From Eledone cirrhosa (lineage: Eukaryota), in the NCBI GenBank assembly GCA_964016885.1, contig OZ024743.1, positions 33,108,001 through 33,172,000 of the forward strand: DNA of 64,000 nucleotides. Reading direction: 5' to 3'. The position numbers and the translations under genes are program-made. Positions 58,792 to 64,000 of this stretch are shown in pieces. The notes under the pieces are model-generated. The model was not told where the DNA came from. It saw nothing but the letters and a program-made list of their open reading frames with translations, and did not search any database. The stretch's first letter is position 1. Every line of letters starts with the position of its first letter.

Positions 58792-61413
58792 TTTGACAAT
58801 AAGGAAGAGCAATTAGAGACGTGCGATATAGAGGAACAGTGGCATTTCCTGAAAGTGAACCTGCTGAAAGCAACGGATGAAATCTGTGGCTGGAGCAGAC
58901 CTATTGGCAGGAGGAGAGTAACTTGGTGGTGGAACAGTAAGGTGGAAGAGACAATCAAGGCCAAAAAGCAGGCTTGGAAAGTATGGCAGGATGGGGAAGT
59001 AGAGAGCACTATCAAGTGGTCAGGAGAGAAGCTAGGAGACAAGTGTACCTTGCAAAAAGGGTAGCAGAGGATAGAAAGTTCAAGCATATTCTACAACATG
59101 AGGACCAAAAACGTGAGGTTTTCAAGGATTGCTAGAAGTGTTTCCGTAATGATAACAGTGTACTTGCGCTCACTGATACTGATAAGAAGATAGCCTGGAA
59201 GTGTCACTATGAGAGACTATTAAATGAGGAGAATAAATGGGAAAAAGATAGTCTGCCCCAAATCGATCCAATAGAAGGACCAGCGGTGTAAATTAAAGGT
59301 AGTATAATAAGTAAGGCAATCAAAGATAATAAGACAGGCAAGGCAGCTAAGCCTTCGGAGATAGTTGCTGAGATATTGAAGGCATCTGGTATGGTGGGAC
59401 ATACTACAGTCACCCGTATAGTTAACCAAGTCATACAGAATGGGGTCATACCGAAAGACTGGCGTAGCAGCATCATCATTAACTGATACAAGGGTAAAGG
59501 GGATGCTCTAGATAGGGGAAACTATAAAGGCATTAAGTTAGTTGACCAGGTCATGAAGGTCACAGAAAGAGTTATAGCGCAACTAATCAGAGAATGAATT
59601 GATCTAGATGAAATGCAGTTTGGGTTTGTGTCAGGTAAAAGGACCACAGATGCTCTTTTCCTTATACGACAACTACAAGAGAAGTACCTAGCTAAAAGTA
59701 AACCCCTCTACCCCCTTTTGTAGACCTGGAGAAAGCCTTTGACAGAGTCCCCCGCTCCATTATCTGACTCTTAGAAAAGTAGGTGTAGATGAATGGCTTG
59801 TGAGAGCTATACAAGCTATGTATAATGAAACAGTCAGCAAGGTTAGAATTAAGGTGTTCATCAAGGCTCTGTCCTTAGCCCCCTCCTATTTATTATTGCC
59901 CTTCAGGCTATAACAGAGGAGTTCAAGACCGGCTGCCCATGGGAACTCCTATACACAGATGATCTAACGCTCATAGCTGAATCAATGGCTGAACTAGAGA
60001 AGAAATTCCAAACATGGAAGTATGGCCTAGAATCAAAAGGCCTTAAAGTTAACTTGTCTAAGACTAAAGTTCTAATTTGTAGAAAGGAAAATAGAGCACA
60101 GGTGCCCTCACGGAAATGGCCATGCTCAGTGTGTAGGAAAGGAGTAGGCAGAAACTCCATTTTATGTCCCAAATGCAAAGTATGGGTGCATAAAAGATGT
60201 AGTGGGATCACAGGTAAGCTAACTAAGAACATAGATTTTACATGTGGCCGGTGCTCTGGTGCAATAAGTAGCAGCAAGTGCCCACGAAATACTAGCTCTT
60301 TCAACTGCACAGAGGGTTCTATAGAAATAGTGGACAGCTTCCGTTACCTGGGCGACAAAATCAGCAGTGGGGGAGGGTGCTCTGAAAGTACAGTAGCTAG
60401 AGTCGGAACTGGATGGAAAAGGTTCAGAGAGCTTATACCACTATTAGCAGCTAAAGGGTTCTCCCTAAAAATGAAAGGCAGGTTGTATGATGCCTGCATA
60501 CGAACAGCAATGTTGCATGGCAGTGAGACCTGGGCATTGTGTGCAGAGGATATACGCAGACTAGAGAGGAACGAAGCTTGCATGCTCCGCTGGATGTGTA
60601 ATAGTAATATACGTGAACGGCAAAGCATAAACGAACTAAGGAAAAAATTAGAAATAAGAGGGATCAGATGTTGTTTACTCGAGAGAAGGCTACGTTGGTA
60701 TGGTCACGTGATGCGCATGAAAGACGATAGCTGTATAACAAAGTGCAGGGCAATAAAGATAGACGGTAGCCACGGAATAGGCAGACCCAGAAAAACCTGG
60801 GACCAGCTGATAAATTCCGACCTCACACACTTACACCTCTCCAAGACAATGTCACTGGACCGAGACCTTTGGCGGTCCTCAGTAATAGAGAAGACCTGCC
60901 TTACCTAAATACAAAGTAAAACCTACTCCAGCCAGTAGGCATCTCTAACAAAATACACCCCCGACCCACCACCCCCACCCCATCCACACCGCCCCTTTCA
61001 ATGTAAAGTTATGTTGGTGCCACAACATCCAGGCCGAAACAAATGAGATTGTGTAGGTGTCACGACAAAAAAAAACACACAGTCCACGCTGTAATGTGGC
61101 CGTGTAGGTAACACGGCAAAAACCTCCCAGCCCCACACTGTAAATGTGGTTGGTGTTAAGAAGGGCATCCAGCTGTAGAAAACCCGCCAGACAGTCCACG
61201 CTGTAATGTGGCCGTGTAGGCAACACGGTAAAAACCTCCCAGCCCCACACTGTAAATGTGGTTGGTGTTAGGAAGGGCATCCAACTGTAGAAAACCCGCC
61301 AGACAGTCCTATGCGAGCAAGACAACCACTCTTGCCTCAAGTGGGAAAACCCCCGTCCAAACCCATGCAAGCGTGGAACAGGGACGTTAAACGATGATGA
61401 TGATGATGATGAT
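58787..61413 (+). mobile_element. RTE-A LINE, 5'-truncated; 5' half disrupted, 3' half open; two UTR units
   Basis: RVTWWWN region, multiple stops and deletions up to about 59870, open frame 59985-60908. Confidence 0.95.
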
Positions 61414-61444
61414 ATATATGTATATGTGTATATATATATGTATA

Positions 61445-61523
<79 letters not shown>

Positions 61524-61600
61524 ATGTATATATATATGTATGTATATGTGTATATATATATATATATGTGCATATATGTATATGTATATATATATATATA

Positions 61601-61631
<31 letters not shown>

Positions 61632-61832
61632 GTATATGTGTGTGTATATATATATATATATGTATGTATATGTATATATATATATAAATATGTATGTATA
61701 TGTATAAATATATAAATATGTATGTATATATATATATATATAAATATGTATGTATATGTATATATATATATATATAAATATGTATGTATATGTATATATA
61801 TATATGTATGTATATATATATATATATGTATG

Positions 61833-61882
<50 letters not shown>

Positions 61883-62169
61883 TGTATGTATATATATATA
61901 AATATGTATGTATATGTATATATATATAAATATGTATGTATATATATATAAATATGTATGTATATGTATATATATATAAATATGTATGTATATATATATA
62001 TATAAATATGTATGTATATATATATACATATGTATATGTATATATATATATATATATAAATATGTATATGTATATATATATATATATATATAAATATGTA
62101 TATGTATATATATATATATAAATTTGAATGTATATGTATATATATATATATATAAATATATATATATAA

Positions 62170-62215
<46 letters not shown>

Positions 62216-62242
62216 ATATGTGTATATGTGTAAATATATGTA

Positions 62243-62275
<33 letters not shown>

Positions 62276-62951
62276 GAATGTATATATGTAAATATATATG
62301 TATATAAATATGTGTGTATATATGTAAATATATATATATATATATGTAAATCAATATGTATATATATGTGTATATATGTAACTATATATGTATATATATA
62401 TGTGTGTGTAAATAAATATGTATATATATATGTGTGTGTGTATATATGTAAATATATATGTATATATATATGTAAATCAATATGTCTATATATGTGTGTG
62501 TATATATGTAAATATATATGTATATATATATGTGTGTGTATATATATATATGTGTGTGTATATATGTATATATATGTATATATGTGTATATATCTAAATA
62601 TATATTTATATATGTAAATATATATGTATATGTCTTAATATATATATGTATATATATATATATGTGTGTGTGTGTATATATATATATGTATGTGTATATA
62701 AGTATATATATATATAAGTATATATATATGTGTGTATATAATGTCTATATATGTATGTGTATATAAGTATATATATATATATATATGTATGTCTATATAA
62801 ATATATATATGTGTATATAAGTATATATGTATGTGTATATATATATGTATATATGTATATATGTATGTATATATATGTGTGTGTATATATATGTATATAC
62901 ATATACATGTACGTATATATATGTATATATGTACGTGTATGTATGTGTGTG

Positions 62952-63024
<73 letters not shown>

Positions 63025-63045
63025 TCACATACATATGTGTGTGTG
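61414..63045. repeat. Compound (TA)n/(TATG)n array
   Basis: Direct reading. Confidence 0.97.
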
Positions 63046-64000
63046 ATAATAATGGATGATGCGGATATCAATCTATCTATCTTTATATAAATAACCACGT
63101 CTGTAGATTTTCATAGAAACAAATCTATAGTTAAACTATAAACTAGTAATAAGCGGCAGACTCGGAGGAAACTAGTAGTGGTTTACGTCGGCAAGTAATA
63201 ATTAATAGAAAAACTCGTGTGTTTCACTAGAAAGACAATATTTCAGTGCAGTTTTGCACTGATTTTTCTTACTTTTTTTCTCCTCAAATTGCTTATGCAA
63301 GAAAAATATAAGAAATGTTTTGGGAAAACATTCGTTTTATTAATTAACGTAATAAAAATAGAATTGTTAAAGAAATGAACATTTAGTCAATATAGATATT
63401 ATTTATGCAGCTGTTTGAATCTAAGATTAGTGATAATTAGAATTACTGTATAGTGAAGGTGTGGGTGAGGGTTATATTACACGCCCCTCCCCTCACATTC
63501 TCCACGATTCTAATTCTAATTATAGTTAGTATCATTACACAATTAATGATATAATAATACTAACGTAAACATTTTAATACGATTCCATTACCCAGAATTT
63601 CATGACACTTTAATCATCTTATTTTAGCTGTAGAAAACAAAACAAAATAGAAAGGAGATAAATAAGTATGTTTATTAATGTAGTATTTTCTTTATAGAGG
63701 TCGCCTTCTCTAATAATAGTTGCTTGGTCGCCTATTATTAGAAAAGTTGGTGAATTTGATGGTCTTATATCTATGGCGCTTTCTATTTTCGTCAACACTA
63801 TTATAATTACCGTTATAGTTAGTGTTGGTCATTATTATCCCTGCTACTTTACACGATGATTACTACTGCTATCACTGCACTGATTACTGCTGTATACCCC
63901 TCCCCCAACAACATACAACCACCACCACACACACCTTATTCTCATCAGACATCATCTTTTACACTTTAGTCAGGAGGATCGCTACATTATTAGACAGAAA

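Overview
Eukaryotic, AT-rich, transposon-saturated window with no host gene I can support. The SINE/LINE types and huge (TA)n tracts suggest a cephalopod, probably octopus (inference). Contents: about 14 5'-truncated copies of an RTE-clade LINE, nearly all sitting in (TA)n and ending in (GAT)n, whose ORF has a C4HC3 PHD-type finger inserted right after the RT core. Also a second RTE family, two CR1-type LINE fragments, two tRNA-type SINE groups (one with at least four alternative 3' tails), a deleted maT-like Tc1/mariner element, TTAA-flanked MITEs, a degenerate hAT-like element, multi-kb interrupted (TA)n arrays and a 200-N gap. The main signal missed by the ORF track is a (TA)n-embedded Penelope-like retroelement family in three pieces (28.35, 47.85-48.21 and 54.69-55.46 kb). 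Together these show a GIY-YIG-type C-terminus, two minimal type I hammerhead ribozyme motifs with compensatory stem II changes, 5' fold-back hairpins and a conserved ORF start (MTLPKYNN). All calls are by eye; coordinates may be off by a few bases.
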